Part shown: in pieces, positions 1 to 9,075 of the stretch | Layout of the letters: every line of letters begins with the position of its first letter | How positions within the stretch are numbered: position 1 is the stretch's first letter | Source: Nitrosopumilus maritimus SCM1 | Lineage (GTDB): Archaea > Thermoproteota > Nitrososphaeria > Nitrososphaerales > Nitrosopumilaceae | Reading direction: 5' to 3' | Assembly (NCBI RefSeq): GCF_000018465.1 | Contig: NC_010085.1 | Span: forward strand, 240,001 to 272,000 | DNA length: 32,000 nt | Translations under genes and position numbers: made by a program | The notes under the pieces: generated by a model | Told to the model about the DNA's origin: nothing | Database searches by the model: none | What the model saw: the letters and a program-made list of their open reading frames with translations, nothing else

Positions 1-1200
1 GTTAGAACTGGATGTCCAGTTATCGGAATCATGGATTCTGGTGGTGCAAGAATTCAAGAAGGAATAATGAGTCTTGATGGATTTGCAGATATTTTTTATC
101 ATAATCAATTAGCTTCAGGAGTTGTTCCTCAAATTACAGCAAGTATTGGTCCTTCTGCAGGTGGCTCAGTGTATTCACCAGCTATGACAGACTTTGTCGT
201 AATGGTGGAAAAGGCAGGATCAATGTTTGTTACTGGTCCTGATGTTGTAAAGACAGTTTTGGGTGAAGAAATTTCAATGGATGATCTTGGTGGAGCTATG
301 ACACATGGTTCAAAAAGTGGAGTTGCACATTTTGTTGCACAAAACGAATACGAATGTATGGATTACATCAAAAAATTAATCTCTTACATACCACAAAATA
401 ATTCTGAAGAACCACCAAAAATAAAAACCGATGATGATCCAAACAGATTAGATAATAATCTCATTAATGTTATCCCAGAAAATCCATTACAACCTTATGA
501 TATGAAAGAAATTATCAATTCTATTGTAGATAATCATGAGTTCTTTGAAGTTCATGAATTATTTGCACCAAATATTGTCGTAGGTTATGCTAGAATGGAT
601 GGTCAAGTAGTTGGAATAATTGCAAACAATCCAATGCATTTAGCAGGAGCACTTGACATTGATTCATCAAATAAATCTGCACGTTTCATTAGATTCTGTG
701 ATGCATTTAACATTCCCATTATCACTTTAGTAGATACACCAGGTTACATGCCAGGTTCTAATCAAGAACACAACGGTATCATTAGACATGGTAGTAAATT
801 GCTCTATGCATACTGTGAAGCAACCGTTCCAAGAATTACACTTGTAATTGGAAAGGCATATGGTGGCGCATACATTGCAATGGGAAGTAAGAACCTTCGA
901 ACTGACATTAATTATGCATGGCCAACTGCACGTTGTGCTGTACTAGGTGGTGAAGCTGCTGTAAAAATCATGAACAGAAAAGATTTGGCAGACGCAGATA
1001 ATCCTGAAGAACTTAAGAAGAAATTGATTGATGAGTTTACAGAAAAATTCGAAAACCCATACGTTGCAGCATCACACGGAACAGTTGATAATGTAATTGA
1101 TCCCGCAGAAACAAGACCTATGTTGATTAAAGCCCTCAAAATGCTTGCAAACAAAAGAGAAAAACAACTTCCTAGAAAACATGGAAATATCAATTTGTGA
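1..1200 (+). CDS. pccB: Acetyl-CoA/propionyl-CoA carboxylase, carboxyltransferase (beta) subunit; 5' end truncated by window
   Basis: Frame is open from base 1 (VRTGCPVIGIMDSGGARIQEG) through the track ORF at 31; motifs GGARIQEG, PGYMPGSNQEHNGIIRHGSKLLYAY, GKAYGGAYIAM typical of biotin-dependent carboxyltransferases; followed by biotin carboxylase and BCCP genes. Confidence 0.95.
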   Translation, partial: VRTGCPVIGIMDSGGARIQEGIMSLDGFADIFYHNQLASGVVPQITASIGPSAGGSVYSPAMTDFVVMVEKAGSMFVTGPDVVKTVLGEEISMDDLGGAMTHGSKSGVAHFVAQNEYECMDYIKKLISYIPQNNSEEPPKIKTDDDPNRLDNNLINVIPENPLQPYDMKEIINSIVDNHEFFEVHELFAPNIVVGYARMDGQVVGIIANNPMHLAGALDIDSSNKSARFIRFCDAFNIPIITLVDTPGYMPGSNQEHNGIIRHGSKLLYAYCEATVPRITLVIGKAYGGAYIAMGSKNLRTDINYAWPTARCAVLGGEAAVKIMNRKDLADADNPEELKKKLIDEFTEKFENPYVAASHGTVDNVIDPAETRPMLIKALKMLANKREKQLPRKHGNINL

Positions 1201-1205
1201 TTAAA

Positions 1206-2693
1206 ATGATTGAGAAAGTACTTATTGCAAACAGAGGAGAAATTGCTCTCAGAGTAATTAGAACATGTAATGCATTAGGTATCAAGACTGTTGCAGTATA
1301 CTCTGATGAGGATTACAATTCTTTACATGTAAAGAAAGCTGATGAATCTTATCACATTGGGGAAGCAGCTCCTGCAAAATCTTATCTTAATCAAGAAAAA
1401 ATTCTTGAAGTGATGCTGTCATCTGGTGCAGATGCTGTACATCCAGGTTATGGTTTCCTTTCTGAAAATGATGACTTTGCAAGATTATGTGAAAAAAATA
1501 AAATTAATTTCATTGGTCCATCTGCTGACTCCATGAATCTATGTGGTGATAAGATGGAATGTAAAGCAGCAATGTTAAAAGCTCAAGTTCCAACAGTACC
1601 TGGAAGTCCAGGATTAGTAGATACCGCAGAAGAAGCAGAAAAAATTGCAAATGAAATTGGTTATCCTGTACTCTTGAAATCAGTTTATGGTGGTGGAGGT
1701 CGTGGAATCAGATTAGTTACCACTGATCAAGAACTACGAGAAGGTTTTGAAACAGTAACTTCTGAATCTATTGCTGCTGTAGGAAAATCTGCAATCATTG
1801 TTGAAAAATTCCTAGAAAAAACAAGACACATTGAATATCAAATGTGTAGAGATCATCATGGTAATGCTGTACACCTCTTTGAGAGAGAATGTTCTATTCA
1901 AAGAAGAAATCAAAAACTAATTGAACAAACTCCTTCCCCTGTTGTAGATGAAGCAAAACGAGAAGAGATTGGTGAATTAGTTGTTAAAGCAGCAGAAGCT
2001 GTCAATTATACTAACCTTGGTACTGCAGAATTCCTTAGAGCAGATAATGGTGAGTTTTACTTTATTGAGATTAATGCAAGACTCCAAGTAGAACATCCAA
2101 TCAGTGAAATGGTTTCAGGATTAGACTTTGTAAAATTACAAATTGATATTGCAAACGGTGAAACACTTCCATTCAAACAAAAAGATCTAAAGATGAATGG
2201 TTATGCAATTGAATGTAGAATCAATGCTGAAGACACATTTTTGGACTTTGCACCTTCAACTGGACCTGTTCCAGATGTAACGATTCCTGCAGGACCAAAT
2301 GTCAGATGTGACACTTATCTATATCCTGGATGTACAGTATCTCCATTTTACGATTCATTGATGGCAAAACTCTGTACATGGGGACCAACATTTGAAGAAT
2401 CTAGAACTAGAATGCTTACTGCATTAAATGATATGTATGTTCAAGGTGTTGAAACATCAATTCCACTTTACAAAACAATTCTAAACTCTGAAGAATACAA
2501 AAACGGTGAACTATCAACTGACTTTTTGAAACGTTATGGCATGATTGATAAACTATCTGAAGACCTTAAGAAAGAAAAAGAAGACAAGAGTGAAGCTGCT
2601 TTGGCTGCAGCCATTATTCATTCTGAATACTTTAAGAACAGAGTTCAAAATGATAACGCAAGCAGTGCAACTTGGAAAAATAAATTGGATTGA
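1206..2693 (+). CDS. accC: Biotin carboxylase subunit of acetyl/propionyl-CoA carboxylase
   Basis: MIEKVLIANRGEIALRVIRTCNALGI, HPGYGFLSEN, EINARLQVEHPISEMV. The track starts at GTG 1197; ATG 1206 fits the family N-terminus better. Confidence 0.94.
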   Translation: MIEKVLIANRGEIALRVIRTCNALGIKTVAVYSDEDYNSLHVKKADESYHIGEAAPAKSYLNQEKILEVMLSSGADAVHPGYGFLSENDDFARLCEKNKINFIGPSADSMNLCGDKMECKAAMLKAQVPTVPGSPGLVDTAEEAEKIANEIGYPVLLKSVYGGGGRGIRLVTTDQELREGFETVTSESIAAVGKSAIIVEKFLEKTRHIEYQMCRDHHGNAVHLFERECSIQRRNQKLIEQTPSPVVDEAKREEIGELVVKAAEAVNYTNLGTAEFLRADNGEFYFIEINARLQVEHPISEMVSGLDFVKLQIDIANGETLPFKQKDLKMNGYAIECRINAEDTFLDFAPSTGPVPDVTIPAGPNVRCDTYLYPGCTVSPFYDSLMAKLCTWGPTFEESRTRMLTALNDMYVQGVETSIPLYKTILNSEEYKNGELSTDFLKRYGMIDKLSEDLKKEKEDKSEAALAAAIIHSEYFKNRVQNDNASSATWKNKLD

Positions 2694-2699
2694 TGATTA

Positions 2700-3212
2700 A
2701 TGGACTATAAGATAGCTGATGTTGAAAAATCATTTGAAGGAAAAATTACTGAAAACTTAGGTAATAATGATTATGTGATTAAGATCAATGACAAAGAACA
2801 TCAATTGAAAATCCTTAGCATGAATGCAAAAGGTATAGAATTCATTTTAGATCAACAATATCATAAAGCAAAATATCTTGAGACTGCAACTAATGAAATG
2901 AATCTTGTAATTGATAATGTTCCAGTTACATTAAACATGAATACTCACTTTGACGAAATAGTTTACAAAAACTCTGGCGGTGGTGGCGCAGGTGGTGCTC
3001 AAGTAGCACTCAAAAGTCAAATCCCTGGTAAAGTTGTGTCAATTGCAGTTGCTGAAGGTGACTCTGTCAAGAAAGGTGATGTAGTTTGTACTTTAGAATC
3101 AATGAAGATGCAAGTTGGAATAAAGGCACACAAAGATGGTGAAGTTAAAAATCTCAAAATTAAAGAAGGTGCAACTGTCGCAAAAGGCGACGTTATTGCA
3201 GATTTAGAATAA
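2700..3212 (+). CDS. Biotin carboxyl carrier protein / biotinyl domain subunit
   Basis: C-terminal biotinyl domain with biotinylation motif CTLESMKMQVGIKAHKDG; same operon as the carboxylase genes. Confidence 0.93.
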   Translation: MDYKIADVEKSFEGKITENLGNNDYVIKINDKEHQLKILSMNAKGIEFILDQQYHKAKYLETATNEMNLVIDNVPVTLNMNTHFDEIVYKNSGGGGAGGAQVALKSQIPGKVVSIAVAEGDSVKKGDVVCTLESMKMQVGIKAHKDGEVKNLKIKEGATVAKGDVIADLE

Positions 3213-3228
3213 AAAAGAAATTTTTTTC

Positions 3229-3693
3229 CTACTTGAGGAAATTTTTAATCTCTTCATAGTTTGGCTCTTTTAATGGATCTTCTGAAACCCATTTGTAACC
3301 AATTTTTCCGTCTTCCATAATTACAAATACAGAACGTTTTGCTGCGTTGTAGTCTTTGATGTGAAGCAAGTCTTTCATCAAAATGTCATAGTCGCTAATT
3401 GTTTTGCTGTTGTAATCCCCTAACAATGGAAAATTGAAGTTGTGTTTTTCTGCAAATGCTTTATTTGCAAATGGTCCATCGTTACTAATTGCAACTATTT
3501 GTGCACCTGTATCTGCAATTTCTTGCCAAGAATCTCTAAGTGTACACAATTCTGTCTCACAAACAGGAGAGCTTGCTGCCACAATGAATGTGAGAACGAT
3601 CTTTTTTCCTTTGAATTCATCCAAAGTCCGCAATTTTAGTTCTGTATCTGGAAGCTCAAAATTTGGAGCAGTATCTCCAACATTCAATGACAT
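3229..3693 (-). CDS. Peroxiredoxin (AhpC/TSA, Bcp-like)
   Basis: MSLNVGDTAPNFELPD and SSPVCETELCTLRDSW around the peroxidatic Cys. Start trimmed from 3786 to ATG at 3691-3693; a TATA-like CTTTATAG lies about 25 nt upstream on the minus strand. Confidence 0.9.
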   Translation of the reverse strand: MSLNVGDTAPNFELPDTELKLRTLDEFKGKKIVLTFIVAASSPVCETELCTLRDSWQEIADTGAQIVAISNDGPFANKAFAEKHNFNFPLLGDYNSKTISDYDILMKDLLHIKDYNAAKRSVFVIMEDGKIGYKWVSEDPLKEPNYEEIKNFLK

Positions 3694-3775
3694 GATCGCA
3701 TTTTGCCAATGTTCTATAAAGTAGTTTACAAAAAATATTTTTTTTCGATCCAAACCCCCAAATCTGAAACATACC

Positions 3776-3784
3776 TTTTTATAC
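3776..3784 (+). promoter_or_regulatory. nuoA: Putative TATA box of the nuo operon
   Basis: TTTTTATAC centred about 27 nt before the TTG start of nuoA, compatible with a leaderless or near-leaderless archaeal transcript. Confidence 0.4.
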
Positions 3785-3807
3785 AAAAATCAGGGTGAAA
3801 AGCTAAA

Positions 3808-4182
3808 TTGGTCGGGGAATTAGCGGGCAATTACAGTACTGTGGTATTGATGTTTGCCTTTGGTATAGCAGCAATGGCACCTGCATTGATTATTTCACGA
3901 ATGGTTTCTCCTCGAAAACGTAGTAACCCTGTAAAATTCTTGCCGATGGAATGTGGTCAAGTTCCGTCTGGTGAAGGCCGAACTCATTTTATGATGCAGT
4001 ATTATCCGTACATTCTCATGTTTGTTGTTTTTGATGTAATGGCAATTTTCTTGTATGCTTGGGGAAGTGCACTGTTAGAACTTCCAAAGAGTGCAACTTT
4101 GCCAATGATAGGATTTTTAGCTATAATGTTTGGTGCAATGGCATTTGCGTTATACCAATCAGGGAGACGAAGAATATGGTAG
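3808..4182 (+). CDS. nuoA: NADH dehydrogenase-like complex subunit A (TTG start)
   Basis: PVKFLPMECGQVPSGEGRTHFMMQYYPYILMFVVFDVMAIFLYAW matches the NuoA signature; first gene of the nuo operon. Confidence 0.93.
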   Translation: MVGELAGNYSTVVLMFAFGIAAMAPALIISRMVSPRKRSNPVKFLPMECGQVPSGEGRTHFMMQYYPYILMFVVFDVMAIFLYAWGSALLELPKSATLPMIGFLAIMFGAMAFALYQSGRRRIW

Positions 4183-4222
4183 TTTTTTATACAAATCAAA
4201 TTAACGGGGATAGGAGATAAGA

Positions 4223-4747
4223 TTGCTTAAAGACTTAGTAACACCAGAAAACGCAAATGTCTTTGTAGGAAAACTCGGAGATATTTTAGAAAAAGCAATC
4301 GATAAACCATTGGGCTACGCCATCAATTGGGGTAGAATTTGGTCACTCTGGCCTGTCCACATTGAAACAGCTTGTTGCAGTGTAGAATTTGGCGCAGCAT
4401 CAAGTCCAAGATACGATGTTGAAAGATTTGGTATCATCGAAGCATTTGGATCACTTAGACAATGTGATCTAGTTGTTGTTCAAGGAACTATTACAAGAAA
4501 GATGGCACCACGTCTCAGATTAGTTTATGATCAAATGCCAGAACCAAAGTACGTAATTGCTATGGGAGCTTGTGCAATTACTGGAGGATTGTATTTCGAT
4601 TCATACAATGTACTTCCAGGAATTGACGGAGTAATTCCAGTTGATGTCTATGTTCCAGGTTGCCCACCTAGACCTGAAACTCTCATACAAGGATGTATTT
4701 TGTTACAAGAGAAAATTAAGAGAATGAAGGCTAGGAAGTTTGTATAA
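4223..4747 (+). CDS. nuoB: Complex I subunit B (TTG start)
   Basis: ETACCSVEFGA, PRYDVERFG, VVQGTITRKMAP, YVIAMGACAITGG, PGCPPRPE; GGAG a few nt upstream. Confidence 0.95.
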   Translation: MLKDLVTPENANVFVGKLGDILEKAIDKPLGYAINWGRIWSLWPVHIETACCSVEFGAASSPRYDVERFGIIEAFGSLRQCDLVVVQGTITRKMAPRLRLVYDQMPEPKYVIAMGACAITGGLYFDSYNVLPGIDGVIPVDVYVPGCPPRPETLIQGCILLQEKIKRMKARKFV

Positions 4748-5349
4748 TGAGTAGTGATTCTGAAAAACCAGCAGCAGCAAAACCTGAAGAGAAAGCAGCT
4801 CCTCCTAAGCCTGCACCAAAACCTGCAGCAAAGACTGAAGAAAAACCTGTAGAACTTCCTGCATTTGAAAAAGGAATTTCTGATAAACTAGTTGAAAAAT
4901 TTGGCGATAAAATTGAAGTAGACTTTGTAAAAGAAGACCGAGTTGGAATTAAAGCAAGTAAAGAAAGCGTTCATGATGTGGCACAATTCATTCGTGATGA
5001 CTTACATTATGACCATGCAGAATCTGTTTCAGGCGTAGATTATCCTGCAGATAATGAAATTGAGGTAGTTTATCATCTTGGCTCTTATACTGATTCTTCT
5101 CTTGCAAGGCAAGTTCTTACATTATCTACACGTGCTCCTAGAGAATCCTCTCCAATTCCAGGACAAGATTCTACAAAATTACCAAGTCTTAGAGATGTAT
5201 TCTACAGTGTGGAATTTGGTGAAAGAGAAGTTTTTGAAATGTTAGGTGTTTACTTTGATGGTCATCCAGATAATAGACGATTACTTTTGCCTGAAGATTG
5301 GGCAGATTTGCCACCACTTCGAAAGGACTTTGCAATAAAGGGTAGATGA
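4747..5349 (+). CDS. nuoC: Complex I subunit C with Pro/Ala/Lys-rich N-terminal extension
   Basis: SGVDYP, REVFEMLGVYFDGHPDNRRLLLPEDW; overlaps the nuoB stop codon. Confidence 0.93.
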   Translation: MSSDSEKPAAAKPEEKAAPPKPAPKPAAKTEEKPVELPAFEKGISDKLVEKFGDKIEVDFVKEDRVGIKASKESVHDVAQFIRDDLHYDHAESVSGVDYPADNEIEVVYHLGSYTDSSLARQVLTLSTRAPRESSPIPGQDSTKLPSLRDVFYSVEFGEREVFEMLGVYFDGHPDNRRLLLPEDWADLPPLRKDFAIKGR

Positions 5350-6488
5350 CAATGACTGATATAATGCCACCAGGATTAGCACTGAAAAAAGTTGATGAGA
5401 GAATCATGACTCTTAATGTTGGACCACAACATCCAGGTTCTGGTCACATGAGAATTGTTGTTCAAATTGATGGTGACTATATTGTTGCATGTGATCCTGA
5501 TCCAGGATATGTACATCGTGGAGAAGAAAAGATGGCAGAGTATAGAAACTACATTACCAATGTGCCTCACTTAGAAAGACCTGTTATTCATGATTCATGT
5601 AATGTTCTTTATCCATACGTTTTAGGTGCTGAAGAAATTCTTGGAATTGAAGTTCCAGAACGTGCAAAATATGTTAGAGTAATCTGTTCAGAACTAAATC
5701 GATGTATCTATACAATGTATTGGCTTGCAATTTATGGAATTTTCTTAGGTCACTCTACAATGTTCATGTGGCCTGCAGGTGACCGAGAACTCTTAATTGA
5801 TCTCATGGAAAAAGTATCTGGTGCTAGAGTAACACATGCACACTTTATTCCGGGTGGAGTAAGAAATGACTTACCTGCAAACTTTGAAGATGTTTGTTTA
5901 CGTCAAGTAAATTACTTTGAGAAACGTATCAAAGAATATGCTGCAGTGTTTTATGATAATCCTATTTTGATTTCAAGAACACAAGACACTGGTGTATTGT
6001 CACGTGAAAATGCAATCAGATATGGAACAACTGGTTCAGTTCTTAGAGCAAGTGGTGTAGATTATGACTTGAGAGTTAAAGCACCATATGATGTCTATGA
6101 TGAATTAGATGTTCATACTAACGTATTGAAAGAAGGAGATTCCTATGCTCGTTCTAAAGTACCATGGCTTGACATGATGGAAAGTTGCAATATCATTAGA
6201 CAAGCACTACAAAAAATGCCAAAGTCTGGTTCTGTTAGAACAAAACTAAAACCAAACCCAAAGACAAAAGGACCTGCTACAGTATACAAACGCGTAGAAT
6301 CTGGCAGAGGTTCTCTTGGATGTTATATTGTATCTGATGGTAAAACTGAACCTTACAGAGTAAAAATGAGTGTTCCTTCATTTAGAAACTTACTTGCAAT
6401 GCCAAATCTTTTGATTGGTGAAAAACTTGGTAACATGCCATCAGTATATTGGAGTCTTAATTATTGGCCAGTGGAGGCAGATAGATAA
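5346..6488 (+). CDS. nuoD: Complex I subunit D
   Basis: NVGPQHPGSGHMRIVVQIDGDYIV, DPGYVHRGEEKMAE; 4-nt overlap with nuoC. Start may be 5346 or the next ATG at 5352. Confidence 0.95.
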   Translation: MTMTDIMPPGLALKKVDERIMTLNVGPQHPGSGHMRIVVQIDGDYIVACDPDPGYVHRGEEKMAEYRNYITNVPHLERPVIHDSCNVLYPYVLGAEEILGIEVPERAKYVRVICSELNRCIYTMYWLAIYGIFLGHSTMFMWPAGDRELLIDLMEKVSGARVTHAHFIPGGVRNDLPANFEDVCLRQVNYFEKRIKEYAAVFYDNPILISRTQDTGVLSRENAIRYGTTGSVLRASGVDYDLRVKAPYDVYDELDVHTNVLKEGDSYARSKVPWLDMMESCNIIRQALQKMPKSGSVRTKLKPNPKTKGPATVYKRVESGRGSLGCYIVSDGKTEPYRVKMSVPSFRNLLAMPNLLIGEKLGNMPSVYWSLNYWPVEADR

Positions 6489-7787
6489 ATGTCAGCTCTG
6501 GCACCAAAATTCAAACTAAGTGAGTTTATCAAATCTCTTCTTGATAATGCATTTTGGGTAGTTCTGCTAGTATCGTTAATTGGATTACCTGCAATTCAAG
6601 TAGCATTCTTCTACATTGAAATGCCTGTAATCAATGGCGAATTACTTACACCATTCCTTGCAATGACTTGGTTGGCAGATCCTACACGTAGTTTACCAAT
6701 TCTCAAAGCATTCATGGCAACTGATATTTTTAGAGTAATGGCATTTCCAGGATTTGGATTTGCAGCACTCATAGCTGCTGCAACAATTTTTGTTGAAAGA
6801 AAAATGCTTGCTAAATTACAACTTAGAGTTGGTCCCTTCTATTGTGGAAAGATTGAAGGTATTTTACAATTAATGGGTGATGGTCTAAAACTAATTTCAA
6901 AGGAGATTATTATTCCAGCAAAGGCTGACAAGCCAATATTTTGGGCAGCTCCTGTAATCTTTGTTGCAACCGCTGCAGCATTTGTTGCGTTAATCCCTGT
7001 AGCTCCTGGTTGGGTAGTTGCAGATGTAGACTTGGGATTGCTAGGTGTTTTTGCAGTAATTGGTTTCTTCCCAATCATAACAATTCTTTCAGCATGGTCT
7101 GCTAACAGTAAATTCCCATTCATTGGCGGTATTAGAGCACTATTCCAGATGGTCTCATTTGAAATTCCACTGATATTGTCCTTGTTGGGAGTTGTAATTC
7201 TTACAGGTACTCTTAACTTATCTGAAATTGCAGCTAGCCAATCAAACTTCCCATGGATTATATTTTTGCCAGTTGGCGCAATTGTATTCTTTATCACAAT
7301 GCTTGCAGAACTAGAAAGAATTCCATTTGATTTGCCAGAAGCAGAAAGTGAAATTGTTGCCGGTTGGTTAACTGAGTTCTCTGGAATGATGTATGGTCTA
7401 GTTCAATTAGGAACCTATCTGAAACTTTATGCATTTGCAGGATTGTTTGTTGTTTTGTTCTTAGGTGGCTGGAACGGTCCAATGGTTGTTCCTCCATTCC
7501 CAGAAGAATTCCTTACTGGAGTTGAAATGGGTCCACTTACTGTAGGTCCATTCCCTGGATTGCCATTGTTTGATCAAGAAATGCTAAATGGAACATTATG
7601 GTTTGTTCTCAAAACTGTTGGAGTTATCTTCTTTATTCTCTTACCAAGAGGTGTCTTCCCAAGAATTAGAATTGATATGTTGTTGAGTCTTGGTTGGACC
7701 AAACTAATTGGACTTGCTTTCGTTAACATCTTTATTGCACTAGGCTTGCTTTACGCTGGAGTCTTGGGACCAGGAGGATTACAATAA
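6489..7787 (+). CDS. nuoH: Complex I subunit H
   Basis: ERKMLAKLQLRVGPFYCGKIEGILQLMGDGLKL, ERIPFDLPEAESEIVAGWLTEFSGM. Confidence 0.95.
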   Translation: MSALAPKFKLSEFIKSLLDNAFWVVLLVSLIGLPAIQVAFFYIEMPVINGELLTPFLAMTWLADPTRSLPILKAFMATDIFRVMAFPGFGFAALIAAATIFVERKMLAKLQLRVGPFYCGKIEGILQLMGDGLKLISKEIIIPAKADKPIFWAAPVIFVATAAAFVALIPVAPGWVVADVDLGLLGVFAVIGFFPIITILSAWSANSKFPFIGGIRALFQMVSFEIPLILSLLGVVILTGTLNLSEIAASQSNFPWIIFLPVGAIVFFITMLAELERIPFDLPEAESEIVAGWLTEFSGMMYGLVQLGTYLKLYAFAGLFVVLFLGGWNGPMVVPPFPEEFLTGVEMGPLTVGPFPGLPLFDQEMLNGTLWFVLKTVGVIFFILLPRGVFPRIRIDMLLSLGWTKLIGLAFVNIFIALGLLYAGVLGPGGLQ

Positions 7788-8284
7788 TGGGAACTGCAAC
7801 GGGAATTATTCGTGCATTAAACTCGGGAATCAAACATATTGCAATTAAACGATTTACACTTCGTTATCCTGAAGAGAAACTCAAGTTTGTAGGTGATGGT
7901 TACCAATTTGATCCTTCAACTGGTGTTGGTATAGCTGGACTCAAAGGACGACACATGTTATTTCATGATCACTGTACTGGATGTCAATTATGTTCAATTG
8001 CTTGTGAAGGTGTTGCAGAAGCCATTGCAATGGTAAAAGTTCCTGAAGAGCAAAAACAAAATAAAAAATCTATCATGCCTCAAATTGATTATGGAAAATG
8101 TGTTTTCTGTGGTCTTTGTGTTGATGCATGTCCTTTCTATGCGCTTTACATGACAAATGATTATGAATTATCTTCATTTACTAAAGAAGGTCTGATTTAC
8201 ACTCCTGCACAACTTGCAGTAAAACCATATCTCACACAAGACAGTGAAATTCAAATTACTGATAGAGGTGCAACACATGGCTGA
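7787..8284 (+). CDS. nuoI: Complex I subunit I (2x[4Fe-4S] ferredoxin-like)
   Basis: CTGCQLCSIAC and CVFCGLCVDACPFYAL cluster motifs; position in operon. Confidence 0.94.
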   Translation: MGTATGIIRALNSGIKHIAIKRFTLRYPEEKLKFVGDGYQFDPSTGVGIAGLKGRHMLFHDHCTGCQLCSIACEGVAEAIAMVKVPEEQKQNKKSIMPQIDYGKCVFCGLCVDACPFYALYMTNDYELSSFTKEGLIYTPAQLAVKPYLTQDSEIQITDRGATHG

Positions 8285-8789
8285 TGCTGCATTCTTAGCC
8301 CTTACTGTCATTACAATTGGTTCTGCAATTGCTGCACTTGAATTAAGATCATTGGTTTATGGCTCTATTGCATTAATGGGAACTCTTGGCGGTATTGCCG
8401 GATTTTTCTTTTTACTAGATGCTCCATTTGTTGCATTGTTCCAACTTGCAGTTTATGTAGGTTCAATTGCTGTTCTTATCCTGTTTACTGTAATGTTGGT
8501 AAAAAGAGAACTCATATTCAAAAAAATTGAAGATAAAAGAAGAAAGTTTGCCGGAATTGGATTGATGCTTGTTATTATGGTTGCATTAGGTGCAGTCTTT
8601 TTAGATTCTGGAATTAAAACAATAACAACTGATGAACCACCTGTTGACTTTAGAGACATTGGTACAGACTTTGTAACATACTACTGGCCTGCACTAATTT
8701 TGATGGGATTAATTCTGGCTGGTTCTGTTACTGGTGCACTTGTATTAGCAAAACGAGAGGATGTGGAAAATGACCAACGAACTGATTGA
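8277..8789 (+). CDS. nuoJ: Complex I subunit J
   Basis: Five-TM-like hydrophobic protein with FFLLDAPFVALFQLAVYVGSIAVLILFTVML. Start trimmed from 8244 to ATG 8277 (MADAAFLAL); overlaps the nuoI end. Confidence 0.9.
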   Translation: MADAAFLALTVITIGSAIAALELRSLVYGSIALMGTLGGIAGFFFLLDAPFVALFQLAVYVGSIAVLILFTVMLVKRELIFKKIEDKRRKFAGIGLMLVIMVALGAVFLDSGIKTITTDEPPVDFRDIGTDFVTYYWPALILMGLILAGSVTGALVLAKREDVENDQRTD

Positions 8790-9075
8790 TTTTACCCTTG
8801 TATCTGTTGCCTTGTTAGGTATAGGCATCTATGGTCTTGCAGTTAAACGTAATTTTATCAGAATGCTATTTGCAGTTGAGATTGTAATTAACGCTGCAAA
8901 TCTCAGTTTAGTAGCATTTGGTAGATTTTTGCCACATAGTGGTGGTCAAACATTAGCATTATTCTCTATTGCAATTGCAGCTGCAGAAGTGGCAGTTGGA
9001 CTATCATTAATCATTGTAGCATATCGTATGTATCAAAATGTCGATATTGCAGACTTTAGGAGCTTGAAAGGATAA
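8770..9075 (+). CDS. nuoK: Complex I subunit K
   Basis: GIYGLAVKRNFIRMLFAVEIVINAANLSLV; AAAEVAVGLSLIIVAYR. Start ATG 8770 is likelier than track start 8761. Confidence 0.92.
   Translation: MTNELIDFTLVSVALLGIGIYGLAVKRNFIRMLFAVEIVINAANLSLVAFGRFLPHSGGQTLALFSIAIAAAEVAVGLSLIIVAYRMYQNVDIADFRSLKG

Noticed and set aside
3434-3724. Plus-strand ORFs antisense to the peroxiredoxin
   Set aside because: The minus-strand peroxiredoxin has clear catalytic motifs; the antisense frames are spurious.
6839-7497. Antisense ORFs within nuoH (152 aa and 67 aa)
   Set aside because: Opposite strand of a definite nuoH; no domain and no independent support.
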